Shown piece by piece: positions 38,958-52,736 of a DNA stretch of 64,000 nt. The DNA comes from Eledone cirrhosa (taxonomy: Eukaryota): assembly GCA_964016885.1 (NCBI GenBank), contig OZ024743.1, positions 186,930,001-186,994,000 on the forward strand, in the 5' to 3' direction. The notes beneath the pieces were generated by a model. It did not search any database. It saw nothing but the letters and a program-made list of their open reading frames with translations, and was not told where the DNA came from. The position numbers and the translations under genes are program-made. Each line of letters opens with the position of its first letter. Position 1 is the first letter of the stretch.

Positions 38958-39542
38958 AATTTCTAATTTGGGTTGCCGGCCAGCAATTTTGAGAAATGGG
39001 AAAGTCGATTATATCGACCCAAGTACTTGATTGGTATTTTACTTTACCGAACTCAAAAGGATGAAAAGCACAATTGACCTCAACCAGGTTCTAACTCAGA
39101 ACATAAAGAACCAGAAAAAACACTGCAAAATGTTTGTCTGATGCTTTAACCATCCTACTCATCCACCATCCTCAACAATAATGATTATGATGATAATGAT
39201 ATGTATAATAATTGTTTCTAGTTTAGGCACAAGGCCAGCATTTGAAGAGAAGGGGGAAAGTCAATTAAATCAACCCCAGTGCATTACTGGTACTTTATTT
39301 TATCGACCCCGTAAGGATGAAAGGCAAAGTTAACTTTGGTGGGATTTGAACTCAAACTCAGACTGCAAAACATGGTGTCCGACCCTCTACCGATACTGCC
39401 AATCCACCGCCATCTGCCAATCAACCGCCATTTATAATAATTGTTTCTACTATTGGCACAAGGCCAGCAATTCACCAGTACATTACTGGTATTTTATTTT
39501 ATCGACAACATAAGGATGAAAGGCAAAGTTAACCTCGGCGGA
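38958..39542 (-). mobile_element. Cluster of three SINE copies
   Basis: Copies at about 38958-39172, 39212-39430 and 39441-39542 (5'-truncated), each with an ATAATT-type tail. Confidence 0.85.
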
Positions 39543-42190
39543 ATAGATTTAGTTTAGTTACATCTGGATTGAAAAGCTATTGACATATCGACGAACATTT
39601 CTTCAAATACAATAAGTGATATTTTACTGCTGCTTCTAGATAGAATTGTCTGACACAGGAATATCAGTTGCTGTTTGACTATTTACATACGTTGATATTT
39701 GTTGATATACAACTAAGATATTGATAGAGATACGAAATTTAAATGTAGCCATGACCCAACCACCTCTTAGTCTATAGAATTGTCGGTAGTTCTTTAACTG
39801 TCACTCTTATTGAACAAGAAAAAAACATTCAAAAGAGTTCAATAAATCAATGAAGCCATGTTTAAAACCTAACTGGTTCATCTACTGCCTTAAAATATCA
39901 TGTAAGCTACACTTGCTAGTCTCAAATATTTCTTTACTGGATTTTTACCATATTACTTTTTATATTATCGCTTCTTGTCAGATATCTATGTGTTCAAAAA
40001 CATGTCGATATCACAGATAACGATTATTTGAAAAAGTAATTTTTTCTGTTGTGTGTGTAAGTGACATCTTTTTCTCACCTATTTAACCAAACATGCATTT
40101 AAAAAAATGTCCTTATAGTAGCTCTGATTAATGGCTCCTAACATCGGTATAAGGCCACACACGTCAAGTAGCCGTTGATTATAAGCATCAAATTGGTACT
40201 TTATTGGATTTCCCTCCAAAGATTGAAAACCAAAATAAACTCCTCTGGAATTCGAACACAAAATACAAAAACCGTAACTGAGTTTTGGAATGAGCATGAC
40301 ACTTAACCAGCCATAACAATTTTGGTGTTCAATATTTTTCGTTAATATTCTTCAATTTTCCCCATTTTAAACAGAAAAATTATGGCTCTGCAAAATTCTT
40401 GCTTATCTCAACCTCTGCCAATTATTGTTATGAGAATTGACTATATCTGTCACCCTTTTTGTTGTTAATGAAATGAGTACTATGTATTTCCCAGTGTTAA
40501 TCAAATATACTTCACCCTAATAAATTTGTATGACTATGTGGTAACAGTTCATTGTTATTAACAGATCTTGTTTTTCTGTATGATTTTATCATTTTCTCCA
40601 TATTTATGGTTTCTGTATAGAGCCTATCACCTCTTACTACCACTCACTAGACTCTCCACTCTAATTCCTTTTACTGTTCTCTTAAAATTGTATTTTAATT
40701 ATTTCTTACTGAAGAACTTTGGCCCTTTGCATTCTTAATTCAAATCATACTTTGTGAATGTAATATTTACGACTGAGCAAATGGTGTTGAAAAGACGATA
40801 ACATTCCCATTAAACTTACAGCATTTCAAACTGTACAGAAAAGATGTTTAAGGATGTTTTTACCCTTTATGTGAGAAGGTATTCACAAGCTGATTAGGTA
40901 CGTAAACATAAAAATGTATTTCGTTCTCATCTAAAGTGTATAAACATGTTTTGTTTGCATTTGAAATCTTCAAATATATTTTGTTTGCATTTGCAATAAC
41001 ACTTTCATCGTTAATAAATTGAAACAACAGTATTTGGGTTTCGGTATGTGAAACAATTATTGAAAACACACCACGTTTGTTATTTTGCTTTTGTTTTCTA
41101 CAATAGACTCCAAAATAGTAAAACATACTTTCAAGAATTCAATTGTTTTAAAGATACATTTTCTGTAAAAAGATATTTTCAAACAACTTTTCAGACCCTA
41201 TTTCATTCATACATGTTCTCTAGTTTTGGCAGATGTTGAAATATTATCATGTAATACATACACTTAAGCAAATGAACAAACACATTAAATATAATATTAT
41301 TGTGAAGGGAATGTTCTTAATTATCCTTTTGTTAGCTTGATTTCTTTTCTCTTTCACTTCAGACAAAGTTTAATATTTATTTTCTCTCTTCAATATGGTA
41401 AATACATGTAAGATTTAATAATATAGCCGAAAATCTTTTTAAAACATCTGTTCTGTTTAAGAATCAATTATAAATAGATTGAAAACTTTTGTGAGAAGCA
41501 AACTGTTAAAACGTTTTCATCAGGAGCATTTCAACATGTGAAATTCCCTGTAGCCTAGAAGAAAAAATTAGAATATGATAGCCATTTCCCCCTATTCAAC
41601 TTGTTAAATAACTCACTAAAAACTGAAAATCTGTTTGTTAGTATTCTTACATTTATTCTTACAATGAAATTCTCAGCTTATTCTGAATGTTTCACGTTTT
41701 TCTTTGGAATATTTATGTCCACTAGAAAATACATCTTTAGTTGATTCAAATCACTTCCATATTGTCAAATTGTTTCTTCTCTTTAGAAAGGAATACATAT
41801 TCTTAATCGCTGGATTGCATTCAATTCAGTGCATATTTTAATTTCCCATTGCTTATTTTTCATTCCTATATCTATATATATATCTATATATATATATGCA
41901 CATATGAGTGGGATAATAAACTATGAAAGACTAGAAACGTTGATGTAATTTTTGACTTAATAATTGTACTGTTCCAAACGAACTGCAAATGACTTAGAAA
42001 ACACAATGCACAAGTTGAAACTTGGAAATAGGCGTGGTTTAACAATATGTGTCTAAAAGAAGTCCTGTTTACATTTGAGTTTTCTCATTTTGAATTGTGA
42101 AATAAATGATACCCCGGTTTATCATATATCCACTGAAGTTTATTTTAAGATAATTATCAACAATCTTGGAATGTAGATCAGATTTCTTAC

Positions 42191-42295
42191 CTGAATATAT
42201 ATTTTGAAAGTCATATTTGAAAGATAGAACAGAAAGATCATTTTCAACTTACCTAGAAAAAGAAAAAAGAAGAAATGAATAATGAAATTAATATT
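42191..42295 (-). promoter_or_regulatory. Candidate recursive splice site with 62-nt RS-exon
   Basis: Minus strand TTAAT..TTTCTTCTTTTTTCTTTTTCTAG|GTAAGT (junction 42253/42252), then CAG|GTAAGA at 42191/42190. Confidence 0.5.
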
Positions 42296-42494
42296 TCACA
42301 TATTTTAATTTATTAAATAAATGAATAGGCATTTTAATTATAATTTGAAACAAATATGAAATAAAAACCTTACAGAAGGAGAACATTAAGTATATATAAA
42401 ATTGCATAAATAATATAAAAACAAATTGCATAAGTAATTCACATATGTTGTATTGTATAATGTATATATGTGTACATGTATGCCTGTATATCTA

Positions 42495-42625
42495 AAGTCT
42501 GGTTGAAGCTTGGTGGCTCATCAGGCTAGTGATTATCCTGGTTTCCGTGGTGTTAAGTGACCGAGGGTACAAGACTTCCCCTTGGACAGCACTCTAGTCC
42601 ATCCATGGTTAACTGCCTCCCGGAT
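42495..42625 (-). mobile_element. SINE 3' tail fragment
   Basis: GGTGGCTCATCAGGC..TATCCTGGTTTCCGTGG..CTAGTCCATC motif typical of invertebrate CORE-type SINE tails (recalled, not searched). Confidence 0.5.
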
Positions 42626-42864
42626 TTTTACCATTGCAGCAGCATTATGGGAGAGCATGTTCAGTTTTCCATGTTTGTATGCATGGGTTGGACAGGAGAG
42701 GTGTATCAGGAGATGTGGAAGGTGGGTGCTGGGAGAGGGTGTGCTATGTCTATTCAGGATGGGTATTAGAGAGGTAGATCTAAGGTGGGGTAATTAGCTG
42801 GTGAAGGGGAAGAGGGAGTGCTAAAACGAGGAAGGTGTATAGATGGGGGAGAGGAGAAGATTTG

Positions 42865-43158
42865 GTGCAGACTAGAACAGAGTCCTCTAGTTTAAAGAGG
42901 TTGTGATGATGACACAGCGAAAAGTGCCCAGCCCACACTGTAAAGTGGTTGTGTGGGTGACATAACAAAAAGCACCCAATACTCACTGTAAATGAGGTTG
43001 GTGTTAAGAAGGGAATCCAGCTGTAGAAACCAAGCTCAAATCAGTTCTGTATGTGCAAGATATGGTCACCTGACCTAGCATTGCCCACAGCAGGAAAACT
43101 CATCTAATTGATGTTAGCGTAGAAAAATTGACGTAAAATGGTAATGATGATGATGATA
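42865..43158 (+). mobile_element. RTE LINE 3'UTR fragment
   Basis: Colinear with 50790-51060; (GAT)n tail. Confidence 0.85.
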
Positions 43159-43619
43159 TATATATATATAAAACTCTGTTTATCCTGGTTTTAAGAATAG
43201 GTTCAGGGTAATTCTGTATGTTACAAGATGTAACTAAATGGGATTAATAATGAGATGGAAAGGAACAGAAACACATATTTTTAACATACTCGAGTTAGTA
43301 CCCAATTAAATTTATCTATTATTAAACTTATAAAGTTAGTTCAGGAAATCACACTTAGCTGGTTGTATAATTATCAAAATACTGCAGATTACTAACAAAT
43401 GTTTATGAGCTGTTTCATTATCTCGGTCATTTTAGAGAATTTTGCTGCTATTTTTAGCAGGTCAAGTTTCTATATAGAGGTTCCCTTTTTTGCTTGAAAT
43501 GTTATGAGATTTTGTATTATGTTAGATATATATTTTATGTTTTTGTTCTTTATTTCCTGTTTGTTTATACAATTTACCATTTCATATACAAATGTATTAG
43601 GCTATTAGATTGACAAAAT

Positions 43620-43815
43620 AGGAAGTGTGTCAGTTAAAATACAATCGAAGTATTTTTTCTGGCTCTTTACATTCAAATCACACCTAGATCAATTTTGCTT
43701 TTCATTCTTCCGGGATTGATAAAATAAAATGCCAGTCAAATAGTGAAGTTGATTTAATCAATTTTGTTCTCCCATTCCTATAATTGCAGGCCTTGTGCCT
43801 GAATTAGAAATCATC
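43620..43815 (+). mobile_element. SINE, older copy
   Basis: TTTGCTTTTCATTCTTCCGGGATTGATAAAATAAA and GGCCTTGTGCCTGAATTAGAAATCAT; similar old copies at 44712-44920 and 58630-58845. Confidence 0.7.
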
Positions 43816-45006
43816 ATAACATTAGAAATCTTGATAAAATTAAATATTAAAATTGTATCCTATGTATTTTCTTGTGTAATTTTTATTATCATTACAATTA
43901 AATTAAATTTTATAATTATGGTTTCTCATCATATTTGTATAGCAATGTTGCAGCTCAGATCCAGATATAATGATTGTATTGAATTGTTTAATAATATATA
44001 AACTCATCTATATATTGCTTACCAAACATACAACTGCTGTATCCACCTGATCACAGCAGTTATGCTATTTTTGATATTTCATTGAACCAAAATATTTCAT
44101 GTCTTGTTTGTATTTAAATATTTTCTGATATCATCATCATTTTCCATGTTAGCATGGAATGGGAAGGAGTTTTTGAGGCAGTATTTTACATATAAACCAA
44201 TTCATTGTACATTCAATTGTTTGCAAAGTCTACTACAATAGGAATTCTGAAATTTGACACCTCTTAAAATCTGACATTTGTCAACACTTTGACATCAGCC
44301 ATACTCACTGAACCAGATCACTCCAACTTTTCTTCTCTCTCTCATTTTCTGACCACCCATTTTTGGTGCAAAAATTACTATGCCTAATCACAAGACTGTC
44401 ACCAACAAATAATTTTGAACCACTTTTTCTGGTGTAAATGACTATATCAGTCATATGACTGTCATCAACCAACAAAATTACATTTTAAACAAATAGCAAT
44501 CTGAGCCACTTTTTTTGTATAAGAGAGAAATAATTTTCGAACTCCAGTTAGATGCGAGGCACACCACAACAGAAACAAAAACCCTCCATCTCAATTTTAC
44601 TTTTGATAATCATAGGAACTGTGAAACCGCTAAAGTAAATAAATATTCTTAAAAGACTCCAGTTGTATTTTCAATTTCTTTTCCTTATATATATATATAT
44701 ATATATATATAGGTCGGTAGGTTGGCATAATTGGTAGAGTGACAAAATAGCTTGTTATATTTAGTTGCATCTGAAGTCAAACTTTACCAAGGTCAACTTT
44801 GCCTTCTATTTTTCCAGGGTTTATTGAATAAAGTACCAGTCAAATACTGAGAGCTGATGTAATTGACTACACTCCTTACTAAAACTTGTACTCTTGTCCC
44901 AATGGCAGAAACCAATTATTGATATTTTACATAGAAATTTTTCTGTTACTTGTTTCAGCCCAGTGTATTGTAGCAATACTAGGGCTCTGTCATCATACAC
45001 ACACTG

Positions 45007-45047
<41 letters not shown>

Positions 45048-45201
45048 TGTGTGCTTGTGTGTATACACACACACACATATATATATATACACGCACACAT
45101 TCATACACATGCACGCCTCCCCCACAACATATATACACATAAATACATAAATATACACTCACACATATATGTATGTATTTTCATTTTCTCTGTGTAACTG
45201 T

Positions 45202-45263
45202 GTAAAATGTAGATATATACAGAAATATAGACCTCTATATTTCTGTATATATCTACATTTTAC
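45202..45263. repeat. Perfect inverted repeat, 30-bp arms, 2-nt spacer
   Basis: GTAAAATGTAGATATATACAGAAATATAGA-CC-TCTATATTTCTGTATATATCTACATTTTAC. Confidence 0.97.
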
Positions 45264-46675
45264 TTTTGTAATTATCGGAATAGATCTGTTGAGATCCATG
45301 TATGTATGTTTGTGTATGTTTCAGTTCATGACAGAAGAATGGTGGTAGATAGGAATGGATAAGGAGGGATTATGAAGAGCTAGGAAGGGAGAACTAATAA
45401 TAAAAAGCTGATTACAAGTATGAGAAAAGGTGCCTAAAAGAAAGAATTTGAAGAATGAAGAAGAGAGATTCAAATCTGTTACAGTACAGAAATGGAAGTC
45501 TAAAATTACATTAGTTAATGACATTATATAAATATTCTTTATATGAAGGTATTCAGGTAAAATAAAGCCTTAGAGAAGAAGAAAAATTAGCATGATGAAA
45601 AGTATAAAGAAGAAATACTAAATACGAGTGGAATCTTAGATTGGCATGTATTATTTTTTATAATAATGCAGAGCTTTAATTTAAAGTACTAAACAGAATG
45701 GATTTCCCCAAACAAACTAATTGATTAAATGCTGTATATATATATATATATATGGTGAGAGAGAGAAAGAGAAATCCCAAAGGAAGGAGAACATAAAGAA
45801 TACTGGAGTTAGTTTTGCTTCTGCTAGGTGTAACTCATGTAAGATGCATGCCTACTTGTTTCCAGTTTTTCTAGATAATTGAAAAGACAAACCAATCTTT
45901 TTATCCTGAAACATTTTCTCACCACTTTCTACAATAGATGGTTGTCTTTTTATTATATATATTTTTATTAAAAAGAAATTATCATCATATAACTTGAGAT
46001 TGAAAGATACACTTTAATATGTTGTACAAAAGTTATATTTACAGAACCTTATTTTTCCAATGTTTGAAATTATTTTGAGTTTGCTGAAGTTTGACAAAAG
46101 ACAGGGTCTTCTATATCTATATAGTAATTTGTTCAAAGATACATCATAAAAATTATAAATCTTCAGAACCAAACTATATTTTTTATAAAACAAATTTTTT
46201 AATTGAAAAAACATAGAAGCTCGATTACATATTTTGTTTACTATGACATTCTTTCAAAAGGAAAAACATAACTTTCATAAAACTGAGGAAGTTATGAACA
46301 CAAAATGTACACAATTTTAAAATATATATAAGATCCAGACTGTTGGCCCATCTGAGCATCCAGGAGAATATCGGAACATATGTGAGATGCATGTCTCCAG
46401 CCTATCTAAGGGGTCAGTAGTTCTGCTTGACTAATGACCCATTCAACCCTTGCTAGTAAACAATGATGATTACGATAATCATAATACAAAAATATTTATG
46501 AAGCCAACAGATCAAACTTTGAAATGCTGAGAATATAAAATAAATGTAATGGATGATGTGTTCATGCACTGAGATGCTATAAAATAGCTTATAAAATAAA
46601 GTGAAGACCCTTCAAAGACAGAAAAAGAAGTTCCCATTGGCCGCTGGCAACTTCTTTTTCCATCTTTTAAGGATC

Positions 46676-46731
46676 TTTCATAAGTTTTTTATTTCATAAG
46701 TTTTTTTATTTCATAAGTTTTTTATTTCATA
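46676..46731. repeat. Short tandem repeat TTTCATAAG(T)nA
   Basis: Three full units plus a partial unit. Confidence 0.9.
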
Positions 46732-47229
46732 GCTTCTCTGTGCATGAACACATCTTCCTTTACAAAACTATTTTACTAAATAAAATTTAATGAAAAACAT
46801 ATAGGAAAGTGTTTTGAAGATGAGCTTTACAAATATTAGGTTTAGGAACATTAAGTTATATTGGCATCAAGTGTAGATGCTGTAAAGGTACAAGTCAATC
46901 AAAATGTATTGAGTTATTAACTAGAACATTCTAACAATCTGGGGCAAATCTAGAATAAGAAGTCATTGAAATGTAGATTGTATGAACACATACCTAACAA
47001 TGTGACTAGTTTAAGTGAAAAGCATACAATTAGATACAAATGACAATCATTTTTCATTCAAGATTTTATGCAACAGTAGCATGTCTTTCATTATTACACT
47101 TCAATAGCGTGGAAATGTATGGGAAAATGATATATGACATGATAGTTTGTGAAAAAGTAATAACTTTTATCAAAATGTTCAGATAAAATGACAAAGATTG
47201 GCCAGTAACAATATTATGACACTTGTTTT

Positions 47230-47510
47230 TTTCTTTTTCTTCTTCTCAAGAAGGTCATGGGGGCAGAGTCCTCAATCATTCCTTCCTGTCAGAAGCAACT
47301 CTCTCCAATTATCTGGCTGGATCCCCAGGTGAGACCAGTTGAGCTCATTGATATTATCCAACCATCTTGCGTGGGGACTACTCCTGGAACTCCTGCTGGT
47401 TTGTTTTGCCCATAAAATCTGTCCAGTGATTCTTTCCTGAGGCATTCTAACTGCATGTCTATAATATCGAAACTGTGATCTCTTAATTTGGAGAACTAAT
47501 GACTCTACCT
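47230..47510 (-). mobile_element. 3' fragment of a second RTE family (Expander/Rex3-like)
   Basis: Minus-strand translation LDNINELNWSHLGIQPDNWREVASDRKE..LRTLPP; (GAA)-rich tail. Confidence 0.6.
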
Positions 47511-48316
47511 GGAGTGACTATCTGATCTCTGAGCTACACAATTTATCAATAACATTACTCCAAAGAGTAATTTAATGATACTTTACAGAAATAATATAAA
47601 CGTTATTTCTTAAAGAAGAAATCAGTTTTGAGAGCTAACTAAATATATTAAGGGTAGTTAACATTAATTTAGTTTAATGCTACCTTATTTAAATCTTTCA
47701 TTATTACATTTTTAATGATATGCTTACATAAAATGATGATACAACAATATACATTTTAGACCATCTTCCTCTTAAAGCTGTGGTTAGCTTTGAAGCCTAA
47801 TGACAAGCTTCTCTACTTTTCCATCTCGTCTGCATCCTGCCCACTAACTGCCTGGCTTTCTTTCCTTCCTCATCGCTTTTAGTCATGTCTTTTTTTATCT
47901 TCCTCTACTTCCTTCCATCTTTATTCCCATTACTCTTCTCAGTCAGCCACTTTCACCCTTCGTTAACACACAACCCAACCTATGTTGTATGAGGCAACTA
48001 AAATTGTTGGCATTGAGAAGCTCAATTGACCATAAAACAATGCTTCAAAAAGGACTTTATGGTGAATGTAATAACATAACATTATGATGGACAATTTCAA
48101 TTCAGATATGGATACATTAAAACAACAGGTTTTGTGTCATAAAAACAATACCTTTTATACAAGGACTAGTTATAATCAGTTAATAAAATGAATTGCAAGC
48201 CAAGAAATGTAAAACTTGGGACCATGTTCCTTTATTGCTTCTGCATTAACTGCAACATTTCTAATGTCAATAATGTTGATTGTTGGTGACTAAAGATATC
48301 TCATTATTTATTATTA

Positions 48317-48502
48317 GGGTGGTGGATTGGCAGTATCTGCAGAGAGTCGGACGCCATGCTTTGCAGCATAGTTACGTCCCATTACGGACTGAGTTCAAAT
48401 CCCGCCAAGGTTAACTTTGCCTTTCATCCTTACCGGGTCGATAAAATAAAGTACCAGTAATACACTGGGATAATTGCTGGCCTTGTGCCAAAAGTGGAAA
48501 CA
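48317..48502 (+). mobile_element. Young short SINE
   Basis: TSD ATTATTTATTATTAGG at 48303-48318 and 48503-48518. Confidence 0.92.
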
Positions 48503-48877
48503 ATTATTTATTATTAGGTTCAATTTGATCAAGAAATACAGAATGCTTTGTATTTTACATAACATTCAACTTAATAAAAATTGTAAAAAAAAAAAATGCT
48601 CTGCAAATATATAAGATTGATGCCAGTAATTTGACATTTAATTTCAATTCAAAACAATTATCAAATTAATATTGAGTAAATATTAGATTTATTTAAACTG
48701 GAATTTGTTTATAAACGAAGCAAATAAGAATCAGAAAGCATATTATTATAAAGCCAAACATTACAGGAATTGTTATTCTTTTAAGAATTTTATGTAGATT
48801 TCATTCATTTCAAAAATTGAAAAATATTCAATTAATTTCGTGCTTTAAATGTATATTGTCTAAATATGTATATATAG

Positions 48878-51061
48878 GAGGTATTCAAGATTGCGAGGCA
48901 GTGTGTCAGAGATAGTTGTAATGTCATTGGAGAGAAGTGTATCCGGAATGTAAAGGTGAGCTTGCCCTCACAAGTGCTGAGAAGAAAGATGCATGGAAGA
49001 GTCATTATGATAGATTACTAAATGAGGAGAATGCATGGGAAGAAGAGACCCTACTCCAAGTAGACCCTATAGAGGGGCCAGCAGTACAAGTCAGCAGCAA
49101 CATAGTAAGTAAGGCAATCAAAGATATGAAGATGGGGAAGGCAACCGGTCCATCGGGTATAGCTGCCGAGATGCTGAAGGCATCTGGGTCTGTAGGTCAC
49201 ACTATAACCACACGTATTGTTAACCAGGTAATACTAGAAGGTGTCATACCAAAAGATTGGTGCAGTAGCATCATTGTCAACTGCTACAAAGGTAAAGGCG
49301 ATGCACTAGATAGAGGAAACTATAGAGGTATAAAGTTGATGGACCAGGTCATGAAAGTAACAGAAAGAGTTATAGCACAGTTGATTAGGGATCAGGTGGA
49401 AATAGACGAGATGCAATTTGGGTTTGTACCAGGAAGAGGCACCACTGATGCCCTCTTCCTTGTGAGGCAATTACAGGAAAAGTACCTAGCTAAAAGTAAG
49501 CCACTCTACTTGCATTTGTCGACCTTGAGAAAGCCTTTGACAGAGTTCCACGTGCTGTAATCTGGTGGGCTCTTAGAAAACTAGGAGTAGATGAATGGCT
49601 TGTGAAAGCGGTACAAGCCATATATAGGGGAGCAGTCAGCAAAGTTAGGATTAGCAATGAGTATAGCGAGGAATTTAGCGTACAGGTTGGGGTTGACCAG
49701 GGCTCTGTTCTTAGCCCTCCTGTTCATCATAGTCCTGCAGGCAATAACGGAGGAGTTTAAGACTGGATGCCCATGGGAACTCCTGTATGCTGATGACCTC
49801 GCACTCATAGCTGAATCTATGGTAGAACTAGAGAATAAATTCCAAACTTGGAAGCAGGGACTAGAAAGAAAGGGTCTCAAAGTCAACATGACAAAGACTA
49901 AGGTCCTTGTAAGTAGATGAGAAAACAGAACCCAGATCCCCTCAGGGAAATGGCTTTGCTCAGTATTTTAGAAAGGCGTAGGTAGGAACTCCATTCTCTG
50001 CCCCAAATGCAAACAATGGGTACACAAGAGATGTAGCGGGATCTCAGGAAGCTTAATTAAGAATGTAGGCTTCACATGCAGCAGCTGTGATGAGACAGCA
50101 AGCAACAAACAGCCACAGGAAACAAGTACCACCAATCTCTGGGAGGGCTCTGTAGAAACAGTAGACAGCTTCTGCTACCTAGGTGACCGAATTAGCAGCG
50201 GAGGTGGGTGTTCAGAAAGTACAATAACTAGGGTAAGAATGGGATGGAAGAAGTTTAGGGAACTACTACCACTGCTAGCTGCAAAAGGCTTCTCCCTCAG
50301 AATGAAAGGCAGACTGTATGATGCGTGTATCTGAACAGCAATGTTGCATGGTAGCGAGACCTGGGCGCTGAAGGTGGAAGACTTACGTAGATTAGAGAGA
50401 AACGAAGCCTGCGTGCTCCGATGGATGTGTAACAGTAATATACGTGAACGACAAAGCATAAATGAATTGAGAGAGAGACTGAGCATAAGAGGAATCTAAT
50501 GCTGTGTGCAGGAGAGGAGGTTACGCTGGTATGGACATGTGATGCGTATGAAGGATGACAGCTGCATAAAAAGATGCAGAGCACTAGAAGTTGATGGAAA
50601 CCGCGGAGTGGGGAGACCAAAGATGACCTGGGATGAGGTGATAAAAGCCGACCTTACCCAATTACACCTCTCAAAGGCAATGACACACGACCGTGACTTC
50701 TGGCGTCACGCAGTAATACAGAGTACCCGATCTCCCATGGGTACAAGCTGAAGCATATAGACAATATGCCCCCCACTCCCTCCCACCGCAAGGTGGTCGT
50801 GGAGGTGCCACGGCAAAAAAGCACCCAGCCCACACTGTAAAGTGGACGTGTAGGCGCCACGAAAAAGCACCCAGCACTCACTGTAAATGAGGTTGGTGTT
50901 AGGAAGGGCATCCAGCTGTAGAAATCAAGCCAAATCAGTTCCTGTATGAGCAAGGCATGGTCAGCCGACCAGACACTGCCCACAACAGGACAACCCGTCT
51001 AACCCATGCTAGCATGGAAGAACGGACATAAAACGGTGATGATGATGATGATGATGATGAT
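48878..51061 (+). mobile_element. 5'-truncated RTE-clade LINE (RT pseudogene + 3'UTR)
   Basis: KATGPSG, NYRGIKLM, QFGFVPGRGTTDA, DLEKAFDRV (after frameshift), LLYADDL, FCYLGD, RRLRWYGHV, GRPKMTWDEV; several stops and frameshifts; (GAT)n tail. Confidence 0.93.
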
Positions 51062-51190
51062 GGGCAGTGGACTGGCAGTATCAATAGAGCATCAGATAAT
51101 ATGCTTTGCAGCATAGAATTATGGCCTTTTGATTTCAAATACCACCAAACTTAGCTTTGCCTTTCATCCTTACGAGGTCGAAAAATAAAT
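51062..51190 (+). mobile_element. 3'-truncated SINE abutting the RTE tail
   Basis: GGGCAGTGGACTGGCAGTATC head and GCCTTTCATCCTTACGAGGTCG domain. Confidence 0.8.
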
Positions 51191-51209
51191 AGATAAATAA
51201 ATATATATA

Positions 51210-51555
51210 TTCACTCAGCAGTCATCTTCCATGTGCATCACATGGTCATACCAAAGCAGTCTTCTCTCCCGCACACGACAGTTTATCCCTCTTATACACA
51301 GTTTCACTCTCAACTCACCCATGCTTAGTTGTTCACACACATTGACATTGCACATCCATCGGAGCATGCTTGCTTCATTTCTCTCCAGTCTTCACATATC
51401 CTCTGCAGTTGCTGCCCATGTCTCACTACCATGCAGCATTGCACATCTCACACAGGCATCATACAACCGACCTTTCATTCGTAGGGAGAAACCCTTTGTT
51501 GTCAACAAAGGGAGCAGCTTCCTAAACTTCTCCCACCCTGTCCTTATTCTAGATA
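51210..51555 (-). mobile_element. RTE ORF fragment (post-RT region)
   Basis: Reverse complement parallels 50230-50560 (GWEKFRKLLPLL..LYDACVR..MLHGSETW..RRLLWYDHV). Confidence 0.85.
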
Positions 51556-52736
51556 TATATATTGTATAGCTGAGACTATTCTGTGTTACTACTGAGTGTT
51601 TTATCAGTAGACTGTTGTATTTCTTTTGGCTTGCAGTGCTTTGTCTTCATATATCATTGAGGTTAACTTTGCCTTTCATCCTTTCAGGGTCAATAAATAA
51701 AGCACTTGTTTAATATTTGAATTAGTTCTTACTTATTCTCTTTCTCTCTCCTGCCTTCACTTTCTTTCTCTCTCTAGTAGAAACCAGTATGGAGAGGGAT
51801 GGTTTCTGCCAAGTTTAAAATGCACAATAGCGCATCTGTAACTCCATCAGATTTTGAGGGCTCATGGAAGAATTACCAGTACATCAATGGCAAATTTAGT
51901 ATATAGATAGGTTTCCATCATGGAACTGTCCTCGTTTCCTTCAGTTCATTAGAGATTTTGATACGATAATGTAAGAATTTTGAAATGAATGTGCTTTGAA
52001 ACTGGTAGCATCAGTTCAATCATGATTGAGCAGACCTATGATCAAAGGCTGTGATTATTCCATGCATTTATATATATCTAAAAGTGTATTTCCTATGTGT
52101 ATTTCCCTTTTTTAGATGGTAAGGTGTAATTTAGAAAAATGTGGTTTCTACTTTAGTAGTTTGAGCAACTGCATTGAAGAGCAATTTTTGGCTCATAGAG
52201 GAATGTGTGGTAAGTAGTGGTGAGATTAGATCTAATGATATTTCACTACTGCTGATCTATCCAACGTTGAAAAATAGATATTAAAACAGTAATGATGATC
52301 ATGGTAATGATATGGTGCAGCTTTGGAAAACACATTTAGTTAATTGTACAGTTCATACTGTAACATGATGCATGCTTTGCTGGTTGCTGAACAAGCACTT
52401 TCTTTCCATATAAGAGTGATAATAATCACATTCTAAAAGCTAATAGTTCACAGTACCATATTGGTAATTGATTGACTTTTTGATTTCTAATGTCAGGAGA
52501 AATTTATAAACTGATTAATTAGATAAGGGACCTGCCTGCCTTTGACATCAAAATTGATTAAGGTCAAATGCATTCCAAAATCTTTTGAAAAGCTGTACCA
52601 CTAATAAGCTAGAAATGTATGTGTAGGAAATAAATAATATGGAGCTATAGAATAGGAGAGGAATTGTTTGAAATGTCAAAAGTATCAGAGTTGATAGGAG
52701 CAGACATATTTGTGTAGTTAAGTGCATGGTCCCAGG

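Noticed and set aside
41340-41403. 35-nt plus-strand micro-exon candidate
   Set aside because: Good acceptor but weak donor (GTAAAT) and intron-like composition.
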